A stretch of DNA of 64,000 nt. Source: Mobula hypostoma (lineage: Eukaryota). The stretch spans positions 73,100,001-73,164,000 of the forward strand of contig NC_086108.1 in the NCBI RefSeq assembly GCF_963921235.1, written 5' to 3'. Of the stretch, positions 52,546 through 63,445 are shown one piece after another; the first letter of the stretch is position 1, and each line of letters begins with the position of its first letter. The position numbers and the translations under genes are program-made. The notes under the pieces are model-generated. The model saw only the letters and a program-made list of their open reading frames with translations. It searched no databases and was not told where the DNA came from.

Positions 52546-54714
52546 CAGAAAAACGGTTCAGCACAGACAAGAAGGTCCAAAAGGCCTCTTTTCTGTGCTG
52601 TAATGTTCTATGGTTCTGGGTGATGGGGGTGGGTAGGTCCTTAATGATGGATGCTGCCTTTTGGAGGCATTGCTTTTTGAAGGTGCCCTGGATGTTGGGG
52701 AGGCTAGTGCCCATGATGGAGCTGATAGAGTTCACAACTTTCTGCAGCTTTTTTCAATCCCATGTAGTGACACCCCCCCCATACAAGATGGTGATGTAAC
52801 CAGTTAGAATGACTCTCCGCGGTACATCTGTAGAAATTTGCCAGAGTCTTTGGTGACATAATAATTCTCCTCAAATTCCTAATGAAATATAGCCACTGAC
52901 ATGCCTTCTTTTTTAGTTGCATCAATATGTTGGGTCCTGGATAGATCTTCAGAGAAGTTGACACTCAGGAACTTGAAACTACTAACTCTTTCCACTGCTG
53001 ATCCTTTGATTTTCCCTTCCTGAAGTCCACAGTCAATTCCTTGACCTTACTGACATTGAGTGCAATGTTGTTGCTGTGAGACCACTCAATCAGCTGATTT
53101 ATCTCACACCTGTACACCTCCTCATCACCGTCTGAAATTCTGTCAACGATAGTTGTGTTATCAGCAACTTTATAGATGGTGCCTAGCCACACAGTTGTGG
53201 GTGCAGAGAGAGGAGGACTGTGTACTAAGCACACATCCTTGAGGTGCGTCAGTGTTGGTAGTCAGCAAGGAGGAGATGTTATTTCCTAACCACGTCCATT
53301 GTAGATCTATTGTGGTGATAAGCCAATTGCAGCGAGTCCAGGCCCTTGCTTAGGTAGGAGTTGATTCTAACCATGACCAACCTCTCAAAGCATTTCATCA
53401 CAGTAGATGTGAGTGCCACTGGGATATAATTACTGAGGCAGCTCACCATGCTCTTCTTGGGCACTGGTATGATTGTCGCCCTTTTGAAGTAGGTGGGAAG
53501 CTCCAACTGCAGCAGTGAGAGATTAAAGATGTCCTTGAACCCTACCACTAGGTGGGTGGCACAGGTTTTCAGAGCCCCACCAGGTACACCATCAAGACCT
53601 GATGTCTTGCAAGGGTTCTCCCTCCTGCGAAATTTCTAACGTCAGCCTCCGAGACAGAAAGCATTGGGTCACCGGATGCTGTGGGGATGATTAACATTAG
53701 CTAATCAATACCTTTTTATATATCAAATCAGAATATATCAATATTTATTTACAATCAGTATTTAAGTTTGATACTGAATGAGGGAAGGAAGCTTCATAAG
53801 TTTTAAATTAGATAATCGGGTTCTGAGAGGCTGTTTATCATTGATTATTTTTTTAGATTTCCATTAAAACAACTGCTGTATTTCACTCACAAAAGTTCCA
53901 TATTCTTAAATTTTACAGCAAGAACAATGCAGGGTTGAAATTATCTTAAAATTCCAGAGTTTATATTAATCATAGCAACAAATGGAAAACAGTGTAAGAG
54001 GGGCAGAACCACACTGGTAGTAATATCTGGATCGACATTTTTTTTACTCCAGATGTGCTAACAGCAGATGTTTCTGCTGTTACAAATTCCAGTCTGTAAT
54101 CGGGATAAAGTAACTCTGAGATTCTGTCTGATTAGGGAATTAAAGTTTATCGCATCACAGTGGCATTTTAATTACCCCATTTCCAATTCCAGATCCAATA
54201 CCACCATTTCAAAGATATTTGAAGAAAAATTACGTCCTAAATTACTGACATTATTCTGTCGTTAAGCAAGTAAAACATTTTTGAATTGAATTTGAAGAAG
54301 TAGGTGAAGTTAAATATTTGAGTTAGGGAGCCCCTGCTCTGTTTTCTTAATAACTCCCAAATGGTTTTACCAATTTTTTAGATGACCAACTCAGATGGAA
54401 TGCAAGTCTCTTTTATTCTGTTTGAATTATGGCCTGGAAATTGGTCAATGCCGATTTTTTTTGGCATATTATTATGGGTCACCCTATACTACTTATGAAA
54501 CTTACATGAAGAGGAGAACTTCAAATGTAAAGTTCATGGAAGAACTTTCAGGTTTTCCAGTGTAACTCTATTGTTTTCAGCATGGCATTCCCTTGCTGAG
54601 GTGGATCAGCAGGTGGAATAACTGCAAACACTGTATAAAGGGTCATACTGTTTTTACAACACTGGGGGCAGTTGTGATGAATGAGATGATGGATAGTAGG
54701 AAATTGCTTTGATT

Positions 54715-54970
54715 TTTATTTTATTTTTATTACAGTGTGGAATTGGCCCTACCAGCCTAACGAGTCTCAATGCCCAGCCAGCTACCAATTTAACATTCGA
54801 CAACTTGCAATGACCAATTAGCCTACCAACCAGTACGTCATTGGATTATGGGAAGAAACTGGAGGAAACACACGCTGACCATAGGGAGAACATGAAAACT
54901 CCTTTTATAGGACTCTGAATTGAACTTTGAACTCCGAACGTCCTGATCTGTAATAGCATTGAACTGTGGC
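54715..54970 (-). mobile_element. HE1/V-domain-like SINE
   Basis: Aligns with 16848-17072 and 40305-40510. Confidence 0.8.
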
Positions 54971-55380
54971 ACTTTTGGGAAAGGGTGGGTGGTGCGTATC
55001 AGGAGACTTCAACAGGCCAGAGAAGAAAAGTGTCCAAGAAGAAGAAAGAATGCTCCTTCTATTACAGAGCAGAGGGATCCTCATAGATTGCAGCCATGAG
55101 CTCCAAGCTGCAAGTTGCCAGGGAGGCTTCTTTAAGGGCATGAGTGAATATACCTGAATGTATGTATATTGAAGAGGCTTGCAATGTAACCTGCCATTCC
55201 CCCACTCTGATGTACCTGTGAACTGAAGGAAAACTATATGACATTTCCATTTCTAAAATACAGAATTTTGATGACTCCCCTAAAGCAGCTGTGAGATGTG
55301 TGTGGCAGAGATCAGCAGCAAAGGCTCGTGTGAACCAGAAACCAGGTACTTCAGAAAGACTGAACTTCATCTCCAATATT

Positions 55381-56567
55381 GTATTTAAATCTTTTTATTA
55401 TTTATTATTGAAAATCACCAAAAACATTAAAGTAATCAAATCAACATATCAATATGTACAATAAGAGTTAAACTATCGAATAACTGATTAACCAAGCTAA
55501 ACAGTATACAAATAATAATAAGAAAAAAAACAAAATGTTAAAACTTTTTTTTTGGAAAAAAGAAAGAAGGAAAAAAGAACCCCTACTAACTAAAACAAAC
55601 AAAAAAACCTCTACTAACCAAAAAAAAAACGAGAAATAAAATCTATTGGGAGCACAACCTCGAAGCTATATGCCATACAAGCTTCCATCAAAGAAAAACA
55701 TCAATCCACCAACCAAATCCAATTACACAAGAAACAGAAGGGGACCATCTTAATTAACTCAAATCAAATGATAATAGTGGACAAAAGAACCCCACCTTTT
55801 CTCAAAGTCAAATCGAGGATCAGAAGTTCGACTTCAAATTTTCTCCAAACTAAGACATAACATTACCTGAGAGAACCATTGTATCAAAGTGGGAGCAGAG
55901 GCATCTTTCCATTCTAATAAAATAGCCCTTCTGACCAATAATGTGACAAATGCAATTACATATTGGTCTGATATAGAAATACCGTGAATATATTGAGGAA
56001 TTATACTGAACAAAACTATCAATTTATTAGGTTGTAAATTAATTTTTTAAGCTTTAGGAATTACAGAGAAAAGAGATTTCCAAAACTGTTTCAATACAGA
56101 ACACGACCAAAACATATGTGTCAATGTAGCTGTCTCAGATTTACATCTATCACACTGACTATCAACATTAGGAAATATTTTAGACAGTCTCTCCTTTGTC
56201 AAATAATAATAATTGATGTCTTCTGAGAAATTAGTAACTAAATGTTCTCTCTCATACTCACATTTCTTGCAATATCTTCAGGTCAGACATTTCTTACAAG
56301 AATATTTAAGTAAATTTCCATATATACAAGATCCTGACCTGTTAGACATTATTTTAAAAATGAATCCTTTAGTGAAAGGTTTTATTGGGAAAAATTATAA
56401 TTTACAATTTACTATTACAACAGTATAATTATCTTTTACTTAAGATTAAGCAAGATTGGGAAAGAGAGCTTAACATGACCTTGATAACAGAGGATTGTTG
56501 TGAATTTTGAAGTTGGTTAACTCTTCTTCGATTTGTGCCAGTCACTCTCTTAATCAATTTAAAATTG
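55381..56567 (-). mobile_element. L1-clade LINE 3' fragment with a 5' inversion and ~15-bp TSD
   Basis: Minus strand: YYLTKERLSKIFPNVDSQCDRCKSETATLTHMFWSC (CCHC knuckle), RRAILLEWK, T-rich 3' UTR and A-rich end. Plus strand 56212-56572: FLQYLQVRHF..WEREL..QFKIVH. Flanks ttcatctccaatatt (55366-55380) and ttcatctcccatatt (56568-56582). Confidence 0.9.
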
Positions 56568-56768
56568 TTCATCTCCCATATTAATGTTACTCTTACCCTA
56601 CCTCTGGTACGAGGCTGAAACAAAGTCTGAAGTAGAATCATTTTGGTGGAACCCAAACTACACGAACATCAAAAGATTCTTGGGGTGTGGACACACTGTC
56701 AATGATACCTTGCATCACTGCTGCTTGTTGAAAGCACAATGTGGCATTTGGCTAGAAAATATCAGTCC

Positions 56769-57787
56769 TGATTTTTATTGAATGGGACATTTCTGGTCAA
56801 TATTGCATAATGGCAGATAGATGTTAGTGTTGGAGCAAAACTGGAACAACTTTAAGGATATAGCATCTAATTCTAGAACCCGAATCTTCAGCATCTTCCA
56901 CTGGGATATTGATGAAGCCCCTTTTGTTGCATCTGGTCCTCTCTACAAAGATAGGGTGAATCAAATTAATTGACCACTGGCTTCCTTGTTGCTGGAGCCC
57001 ACAAGAGTGGATCAATCTCTATGCCTTCCTGGCTGAAGGAAGTTGCATATATTTCACTACTACCCTTTCCATTCATGCTGGGCTCTGCCACCATCATCAA
57101 TGACGGGATTTTCATGGATTCTTATTTGACTATTAGCTATGCAATTTTCCACCACCATCAGATGCAACCAGCAAGTTTTGGTCCAAAGTATTTGTTGCAG
57201 AGGCACTTAACACTGGCTCCAACCTTTTACTTCTACTGAGATTCTGTTGTAGCTCCACCAGGACTTCAATTATAAAATATTTGCAATGCAAAAAAAAATC
57301 TCACCTAAAACATGCTCTCTTCTAATTGTTACCATCAGGGAGGAGGTACAGAAGCCTGAAGGCACACACTCTACATTTTAGGAACATCTATTTCCCCTCC
57401 ACCATCAGATTTCCGAATAGACAATAAAACAGCCCATGAGTACTACCTCACTATTTTTTCTCCCTTTGCACTATTTATTTAATTTAATTTTTAATGTTTT
57501 ATATATATATCTCTTATTGTAATTTATAGATTTTCAATGTATTGCACAGTAGGTCTGCCTCAAAACAACAAATTTCATGAGAAATGTCAGTGATTTTTAT
57601 TGAATGGGACATTTCTGGTTAATATTGCACAATGGCAAATAGATGTTAATGTTGGAGCAAAACAGGAACAACTTTGAGGATATAGCATCTAATTCTAGAA
57701 CCCGAATCTTCAGCATCTTCCACTGGGATATTGATGAAGCCCATTGCTTTTGTTGCATCTGGTCCTCTCTACAAAGATAGGGTGAAT
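56769..57787 (+). repeat. ~195-bp direct duplication (56769-56961 and 57591-57787) of an old CR1-like RT remnant
   Basis: Two near-identical copies with a few substitutions and a small indel; minus-strand translation LKIRVLELDAISSKLFLFCSNINIYLPLCNI resembles a CR1-group RT N-terminus. Confidence 0.93.
57310..57593 (+). mobile_element. Rex1/Babar 3' fragment
   Basis: catgctctcttct..ttaccatcagggaggaggtacagaagcctgaaggcacacac is the reverse complement of 11452-11512-type sequence; followed by 3' UTR. Confidence 0.82.
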
Positions 57788-57807
57788 TAATTATTATCAA
57801 TCAATCA

Positions 57808-59158
57808 ATTGCTGGAGTCAATTATAAAAGATGAAATAGCGGCGTATTTGGATAGCAGTAGCAGGAGAGGTCTGAGTCAGCATGGATTTACCAAGGGGAA
57901 ATCATGCTTGACTAATCTTCTGGAATGTTCTGAGGATGTAACTATGAAAATGGACTTGGGAAAGCCAGTGATGTAGTGTACCTGGACTTTCAGAAAGCCT
58001 TTGATAAGGTCCCACATAGGAGGTCAGTGGGCAAAATTAGAGCACATGGTATTGGGGGTAGAGTACTGACATGGATAGAAAATTGGTTGGCAGACAGGAA
58101 ACAAAGAGTAGGGATTAACGGGTCCTTTTCAGAATGGCAGGCAGTGACTAGTGAGGTACCACAAGGCTCGGTGCTGGGACCGCAGCTATTTACAATCTAC
58201 ATTAATGATTTAGATGAAGGAATTAAAAGTAACATTAGTAAAACTTGCAGATGGCACAAAGCTGGGTGGCAGTGTGAAATGTGCAGAGGATGTTGAGATA
58301 ATGCAGGATGACTTAGACAGGTTGGGTGAGTGGGCAGATGCAGTTTAATGTGGATAAATGTGAGGTTATCCACTTTGGTGGCAAGAACAGGAAGGCAGAT
58401 TACTATCTGAATGGTGTCAAGTTAGGAAAAGGGGAAGTACAACGAGATCTGGGTGTCCTTGTTCATCAGTCACTGAAAGTAAGCATACAGTGAAGAAAGC
58501 TAATGGCATGTTGGCCTTCATAACAAGGGGTGTTGAGTATGGGAGCAAAGAGGTCTTTCTGCAGTTGTACAAGGCCCTGGTGAGACCTCACCTGGAGTAT
58601 TGTGTACAGTTTTGGTCTCCAAATTTGAGGAAGGACATTCTTGCTATGTAGGGAGTGCAGCGTAGGTTCACTGGGTTAATTCCAGGGATGGTGGGTATGT
58701 CATATGTTGAAAGATTGGAGCGACTGGGCTTGTATACACTGGAATTTAGAAGGATGAGAGGGGATCTGATTGAAACATATAAGATTATTAAGGGATTGGA
58801 CACACCAGAGACAGGAAACATGTTCCCGATGTTGGGGGAGTCCAGAACTAGAGGCCACAGTTTAAGAATAAGGGGTGGACCATTTAGAATGGAGTTGAGG
58901 AGAAACTTTTTCACACAGTGGGTTGTGGATCTGTGGAATGCTCTGCCTCAGAAGGCAGTGGAGGCCAATTCTCTGGATTCTTTCAAGAAAGAGTTAGAAA
59001 GAGCTCTTAAAGATAGCGGAGTCAAGGGATATGGGGAGAAGGCAGGAACAGGGTACTGATTGTGAATGATCAGCCATGATCACAGTGAATGGCGGTGCTG
59101 GCTCGAAAGGCTGAATGGCCTACTCCTGCACCTATTGTCTATTATCTATTGTCTATTG
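57808..59158 (+). mobile_element. 5'-truncated CR1 (RT to 3' end)
   Basis: YLDFQKAFDKVPH, VPQGSVLGPQLFTIYINDL, RGDLIETYKI; (CTATTGT)n-like tail. Confidence 0.94.
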
Positions 59159-59269
59159 ATACAAACCTAATTTTGATTTTGAGGTAATACTGAAAATGAT
59201 TTTTACAATAACCTCGAGCAATGGTGCTACAGATAAGGGGCAACTATCTGGTCACCTGGCAACCAAGGA

Positions 59270-59415
59270 CATAGGAGGAAACTAGAGCATCCAACTGAAA
59301 ACCATGCAGTCACAGGGAGAATGTTGATCCTCAGCTGAAGTAGAACAAAAGGTCAGAATTGAATTTGGGTCACTGGAGCTGTGAAGTTGTACCTCTAATA
59401 ACTGTGCCATACTGG
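59270..59415 (-). mobile_element. SINE 5' fragment (V-domain-like family)
   Basis: ggaggaaactagagcatcc..gcagtcacagggagaatgt..cagaattgaatttgggtcactggagctgtg. Confidence 0.7.
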
Positions 59416-59959
59416 CACTCGTTGTTGGTTTACATTTTCTAGTCTCCAGTTTGTCAGAACATTAACAAATACAGAGAATTTTAGAAGAATACAAACTGAA
59501 CATCCATTATTTCCACTCAGATTCAGATCAGTTCTTTGTCATATACACTAGGGTGCAAAGAAATACCTCACGTGCATGAAGTTCAGAGTAAACTATAGAC
59601 AGGGTAATATTAAATGCAGCAATAAATGTTGATGACTACAAAACAGCAGAATATTGCAAAGTACAGGAGTGCAAACTGAAGTCGTGCAAACAAAATGCTA
59701 AAGAATATTTTGGTCATCTGTGAGTCTTTGCTAATGTACAGTTTTTCACAAATTATATGTGTTTCTTTATTTTCTTGTAAATGTCTGCAAAAAATGAATC
59801 TCAAGGTAGTATATATTAACATACTGTATACATACTTCGATAATACAGTTTACTTGAGTCTTTCAAAAACCCCAGCATGCAAGTCATCAAGTCTTCGACT
59901 TCTACTGCCTTCATTCCAATTAATTTCTCCAAAATTAGTTTTTCTATTAATGCCAATTT

Positions 59960-60520
59960 CTTTGAGCACCTGAATCACTGTAGCACACTGCTTCTGATAA
60001 AGAAATTCACATTAACTAATCATTTCCTTTTCATATAAACACAGATACTTTTAAAGCCCTGCTCATGTTTCTTGCTGATTACTTTCCTTTTCTTTATCGA
60101 TACAGCATTGCTGAATTTTGAATTTTTTCCAATCCCCAGAGCCATTGCTTTTTTTGGCTATGTTAACCTTTTCCTTTGATCAAACACTATCCTTAATTTT
60201 TTTTGATAGCCAGGGCTGGCCCACCTTTCCTGTTTTGTTTTGCCTTAGGATATATATTACTTGTAAAGTATGTATTAATTCCTTAAATATTAGCCAATGC
60301 TTGTTTACTCTCATAATTTCTAAAGTAATTTCCTGGTCTACTATAGCTGACACATTCCTTATGCCTTCATAAAAGCTTTATTCAGATTTCAGACTGAACT
60401 AAATCACTTTCATTTATTGCATTATAAAAAATCTATAGCATTGTGTGCATTGTTCCCTAAACGTCTTTTTTTCTGTCAAATCATCAATTATTCCTTTCTT
60501 AGTACTCAATATCAGAACTA
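59960..60520 (-). mobile_element. Very old CR1-like linker/endonuclease remnant
   Basis: Reverse-complement similarity to CR1 sequence at ~100-900 (e.g. tttttggctatgttaaccttttcctttgat). Confidence 0.55.
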
Positions 60521-61319
60521 ATATTGACAGATAATCCAACATATAGAATATATTTTAGTTTAATGCAGAGGAAACATCCCAGAAACATAACATATCTTTT
60601 TTCATGTAAAAAAACAAATTTAAAGTAATTTTAAGTACAAAAAATTATTTGATAACAGCTATTTTTGACATAGATCCACTTCTAGGAACCAATAGCCTTA
60701 AATGTGGGGCTAGGCCTAGTGTGACTAAGTACAGCAATATCATCCAACAAATAAATACAATATTGAAATTTCATTTTTAAGGTACTTCTTGAACTGCTCT
60801 AATTTAGCTATTTCCACTTTTAAAGAAGATGACCGCATATCCAAAACACAACAGGAGGAATAGTTGTCCTGATATTATCAGCATTAAACAGATATTGGGG
60901 ATTTTGTCTTGAAGTCCAGTAAAAGTTATGTTAAAATGGGATTAGAGTATTCTTTCAAAATTTGCTATTCAGTCTTTCAGAGTGACTGTAGGACTGTAAA
61001 AGTTTAAAGAGGATACGTAAAGCAATCACTCACCTCTGACATCATCCCTGCCAATTATATGACCACTATCACCAAGAAAGACAAGGATACCATCACCTGT
61101 AGGTTTTCTCTCCAAATTTCACACCAGCTTGATTTCAGGTTCAAGTTTCAATTTTATTATCATGGGCAACTTAAATTAACATAAATTGTACATGACTTTT
61201 ACACAACAGAATAAACATAATTTTAGCGCAAGATGTAAGAAATATGATCCTTTAGACCTAAGGAGTATATTTATAGTGAATGAGCAGTGTATGCATTAAA
61301 TTGTCTCTTCCACATAACA

Positions 61320-61590
61320 AGAGTCAAGAGTCATACAGCAAGGAAACAGGCATCTCAGCTCACCAAACATCCATTTACATCAATCCTTATATTATCCTCC
61401 CCAGATTCTCATCACCCTACACAGATGTGCCATGATCCTACATAATATTGTCTATTTACAGTTCACTAGCACACATCTTTTGCACATGAGAGGAAACCAG
61501 AACACCTGGCAGAAGCTCATGGTCACAGGGAGAATGTGCTGACTTCATTCAGACATCACCCAAGATTAGAATTGTCCTAGGTCTCTGGCT
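61320..61590 (-). mobile_element. HE1/V-domain-like SINE with a CR1-type tail
   Basis: gaggaaaccagaacacctggcagaagctcatggtcacagggagaatgtg core; tail gagtcaagagtcatacagcaaggaaacagg. Confidence 0.75.
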
Positions 61591-61594
61591 CCAT

Positions 61595-61632
61595 TAGCCC
61601 TGACGAAGGGTCTCAGCCCGAAACGTCGACTG
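61595..61632 (+). ncRNA. Minimal type I hammerhead ribozyme motif
   Basis: UAGCC-CUGACGA-A-GGG(UCUCAG)CCC-GAAA-CG-UC^GACUG; core intact, stem I has one mismatch. Confidence 0.68.
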
Positions 61633-61695
61633 TACCTCTTCCTTTAGATGCTGCCTGACCTGCTGCGTTCCACCAGCATTTTGTGTGTGTTGGTT
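61595..61695 (+). mobile_element. Hammerhead-repeat copy
   Basis: Near-identical to the reverse complement of 18550-18646. Confidence 0.9.
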
Positions 61696-61699
61696 GAAT

Positions 61700-63285
61700 G
61701 AGTTATTTCCAAGGTTGAGTGGAGCCTATTGGCAACACCAGCAGTTCCAGTAGGCAAGTCCGATAGGTCCGTGGTGATTTTAGGGTCACCATCAACCAGG
61801 TACTGAAAATAGATCAGTACCCTCTGCCCAGGATAGAAGATATCTTTGCAAATCTTTCTGGAGGGAAACACTTCAGCAAAGTGCCCTTAGCTGAGGCCAA
61901 CCTACAGGTGAAGATGCAAGAAGAGACCTTTATTATTATAATCAGCCTAATTTTGCACCCTGCACTCTGGCGAAAAGTTATGGACCAGGTGCTGCAAGGT
62001 TGCCCAGGCACCATCATTGTTGCCAGGAAGGATGAGAAGGAACATCTACAAAATCTCAAGGCTGTGTTAAAAGGATGAGCAGTTTATGGACTCAGAGCAC
62101 AATGCAACAAATGGGAATTCGTCAAATTAAACATGACTTGCTGTGGTCACACCATCAACGAACATGCATTACACAAGTATACTGAGAAAATTCAAGCAGT
62201 GGCGGATGCCCCAAAGACAAAAGACATGTCACAGTTTTGGTCCCTTTTAGAATTTTTCAATTCCTGCCAATTCAATCCACCCCTTGAACACATTACCGCA
62301 GATCAGGAAGAAATGGCAATAGATAAAACAGTGTGGTATGGCTTTCCACAAGGCAAAGGAAATGGTGACATCAGCCACTGTACTCATTCATTGTGATCCA
62401 CATCATCTAGTGATGCCTCGCCTCATAGTACAGGTACAGTCATGTCACATGAGTGATGGATGTGAACACTACATTGCCTTTGCATCAAAATGACACACAG
62501 ATTGACAGAGAGCTCTTGAGTATGGTTTGGGGTGTAAAACTTTTCAACCAGTACTTATCTGGGAGTTTACCCTTATTACCGATCATCAACCACTAGTCTA
62601 CAGTCTACAGAACGGCGTTCCACTAACTGCAGCAACACGAGTGCAGAGCTGGGCTCAGCTTCCTGGAGGTCACAGTTACAAGATCGAGTTCACAAGGACA
62701 GCTAGTCATAGAAATGCTGATGGGTTGTCCTATTTAACCTTGGGAAAGGAAATACCTGAAAAATTTACAAAAGAGAACACTCCTGGTGATATATTCTCCC
62801 GAATACAAATCAAAAAACATATTTTAGCAGAGATGATCGAGAGGGAAACAGGAAAAGACCGCGCACTGACTCCGGTCTACATGGCAACCTAAAATGGCTG
62901 GAATGTGTAGCAGAAGTTCCAGTTCCTCCATTTTTACCAGTGCTGGGATGAACTTGCCTTTGACGTGGTTGCCTTATGTGGCGATTTAGAGTTGTTGTAC
63001 CATCCAAGCTCAGAGCTAAAGTGTTGGAGGAACTATATGCCGGTCATCTAGGTGTGGTCAAAATGAAAGCATTGGCTAAATTTTTGTCTGGTGGCCTGGT
63101 ATAGATCAGCAGATTGAGCAACTTGCCACACACTGTATAAGATCACAAAACATCCAGAAGATGCCAAGAGTAGTGCCTCTCCATCTTTGGGAATGGCCCG
63201 CATTGCCCTGGCAGAGAATTCATGTGGATTTTGTTGGACTATACATAAGCACAAAGTTCTTGGTAGTAGTAGATGCAGCTACAAA
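61700..63285 (+). mobile_element. Decayed Ty3/Gypsy pol (RT, RNase H, integrase N-terminus); no LTR seen
   Basis: DQYPLPRIEDIFANLSGGKHFSK, EKEHLQNLKAVL, FTLITDHQPL, HRNADGLS, VLEELYAGHLGVVKMKALAK, WEWPALPWQRIHVDF, spread across frames. Confidence 0.9.
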
Positions 63286-63289
63286 CTTA

Positions 63290-63445
63290 ACACATCCCTT
63301 TTCTTTCCAGTTCTGATGAACAGCCTTGGCCTGAAACGTAAACTGTTTATTCCCCTCCAGAGATGCAGCCTGACCTGCTGAGTTTCTCCAGCATTTTATG
63401 TGTTACTCTGGATTTCCAGCATCTTCGGAAGTTCCTGTGTTTATT
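63290..63445 (+). mobile_element. Hammerhead-repeat copy
   Basis: Family tail gatgcagcctgacctgctgagtttctccagcatttt..ggatttccagcatct. Confidence 0.88.
63308..63345 (+). ncRNA. Minimal type I hammerhead ribozyme motif (variant)
   Basis: CAGUU-CUGAUGA-acagccuuggccu-GAAA-CG-UA^AACUG; perfect 5-bp stem I, weakened stem II. Confidence 0.55.

Larger units (their letters stand above)
48997..52617 (+). mobile_element. Near-full-length CR1 LINE (ORF1 C-terminal half + ORF2 EN/RT + 3' UTR), inactivated
   Basis: ORF1 and ORF2 motifs in order; tail tgttctatggttct; several frameshifts and stops. Confidence 0.96.
48818..53690 (-). mobile_element. Rex1/Babar LINE split by the CR1 insertion (3' part 48818-48985, body 52618-53690)
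   Basis: [46 protein letters not shown] and KTLANFYRCT; tail atcagaattagaatgagaatcag; paralogous to 11405-12635. Confidence 0.88.
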
